Source of the DNA: Pseudogymnoascus verrucosus
Taxonomy: Eukaryota
Reading direction: 5' to 3' (one strand)
Assembly: GCA_001662655.1 (NCBI GenBank)
Contig: KV460223.1
Length of the DNA stretch: 64,000 bases
Below the pieces are notes generated by a model. It had not been told where the DNA came from. It searched no databases and saw nothing but the letters and a program-made list of their open reading frames with translations. Shown piece after piece: positions 63,016-64,000 of the stretch. Both the position numbers and the translations under genes were made by a program. Positions within the stretch are counted from its first letter, which is position 1. Each line of letters starts with the position of its first letter.

Positions 63016-64000
63016 ATGTCTCTCTCCAACGCCCAACCCGTCGACGCCGGCAAGGCCGCCAAAATCGCCTCTCACACCCTCGCAACCCTCTCCTCGAGCG
63101 CCCGAAACGATGCGCTCACCGCAATCCACAGCGCCCTCTCCCAATCCAAGGACGAGATCCTGGCGGCGAATGCGCGCGACCTGACGGCCGCCAGGCAGGC
63201 GGCCGAGGACGGATCGCTGAGCGCGAGTATTGTGTCCAGGCTGGACCTGGGGAAACCGGGGAAGTGGGAGGATATGCTGAAGGGGATACTGGATGTGCGT
63301 GGGCTGGATGATCCAGGTAACTAAATGCTGTCCCTGCATTCAAATATGATATATGCTAAGAAATGCTTCTCATAGTTGGCAAGGTCACCCTCCGCACCCG
63401 CCTAGATGATGGCCTAGACCTCGAGAGAGTAACCTGCCCCATCGGCGTCCTCCTAATCATCTTCGAGGCCCGCCCCGAGGTCATCGCAAACATAGCCGCG
63501 CTGGCAATCAAGTCCGGCAACGCAGCCATCCTAAAAGGTACGCACGCCCCGTCCGACATCCCCCGAGACCCAAACTTACCAGACACTACAGGAGGCAAAG
63601 AATCCACCGAATCCTTCGTCGCCATCTCCACCGTAATTTCCAGCGCCCTCTCCTCCACAGCCGTCCCCAACGACGCCATCCAGCTCATCAAGACCCGCGA
63701 TGTGATCCCCCAACTCCTCGCGCTGGACCAGTACATCGACCTCGTCATCCCGCGCGGCTCCAACGAGCTGGTCCGCTTCGTCAAGTCGTCGACTAAGATC
63801 CCTGTCCTCGGCCACGCTGACGGGATCTGTTCCATCTTCCTCGAGCAGAGCGCCGACCAAGAACTAGCCACGAGAGTCATCGTCGATTCCAAAACCACCT
63901 ACCCCGCCGCATGCAACAGCGCCGAGACCCTCCTCGTCGAGTCAGCCGCCCTCGGTCTCCTCCCGAAAGTAGCGGAAGCACTGCTGGCCAAGGGTGTCGT
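63016..64000 (+). CDS. PRO2: Gamma-glutamyl phosphate reductase (runs off window)
   Basis: ILAANARD, CPIGVLLIIFEARP, KSGNAAILKG-GKES, IDLVIPRGSN, PVLGHADGIC, YPAACNSAETLL; two introns. Confidence 0.95.

Overview
Gene-dense window of a filamentous ascomycete genome: GT-AG introns with CTAAC/CTGAC branch sites; the exact taxon cannot be fixed from sequence alone. It carries about 19 mostly conserved spliced genes, in order: a C2H2 transcription factor, a DHX29/DHX57-like DEAH helicase, GCN1, RPL19, SHM1, an SDR, a thiol/halide methyltransferase, OTU2, a DHA1 MFS transporter, a 4CL-like acyl-CoA ligase, RAS2, OPY2, a class III chitin synthase, UBC12, ILV5, a serine racemase/threonine dehydratase, RFA1, CSN3 and PRO2 (partial). 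There is also an intron-containing tRNA-Val(AAC). Five signals are not explained by the ORF track. (1) Two paralogous box C/D snoRNAs each sit in an intron of an apparently non-coding host between RPL19 and SHM1, with an snR69-type LSU rRNA guide. (2) A long nested hairpin fills the RPL19 intron that splits the start codon. (3) A chitinase-tail-like pseudogene with RIP-type changes is joined head-to-head with a 5'-truncated LysM gene. (4) The acyl-CoA ligase has a ~300 aa tail of 27-aa repeats. (5) The tRNA-Val gene is embedded in the ILV5 promoter between Gcn4/Cpc1-type and Leu3-type sites. No CRISPR array, rRNA or recognisable intact transposon was seen. All family calls are by motif recognition, without database searches.
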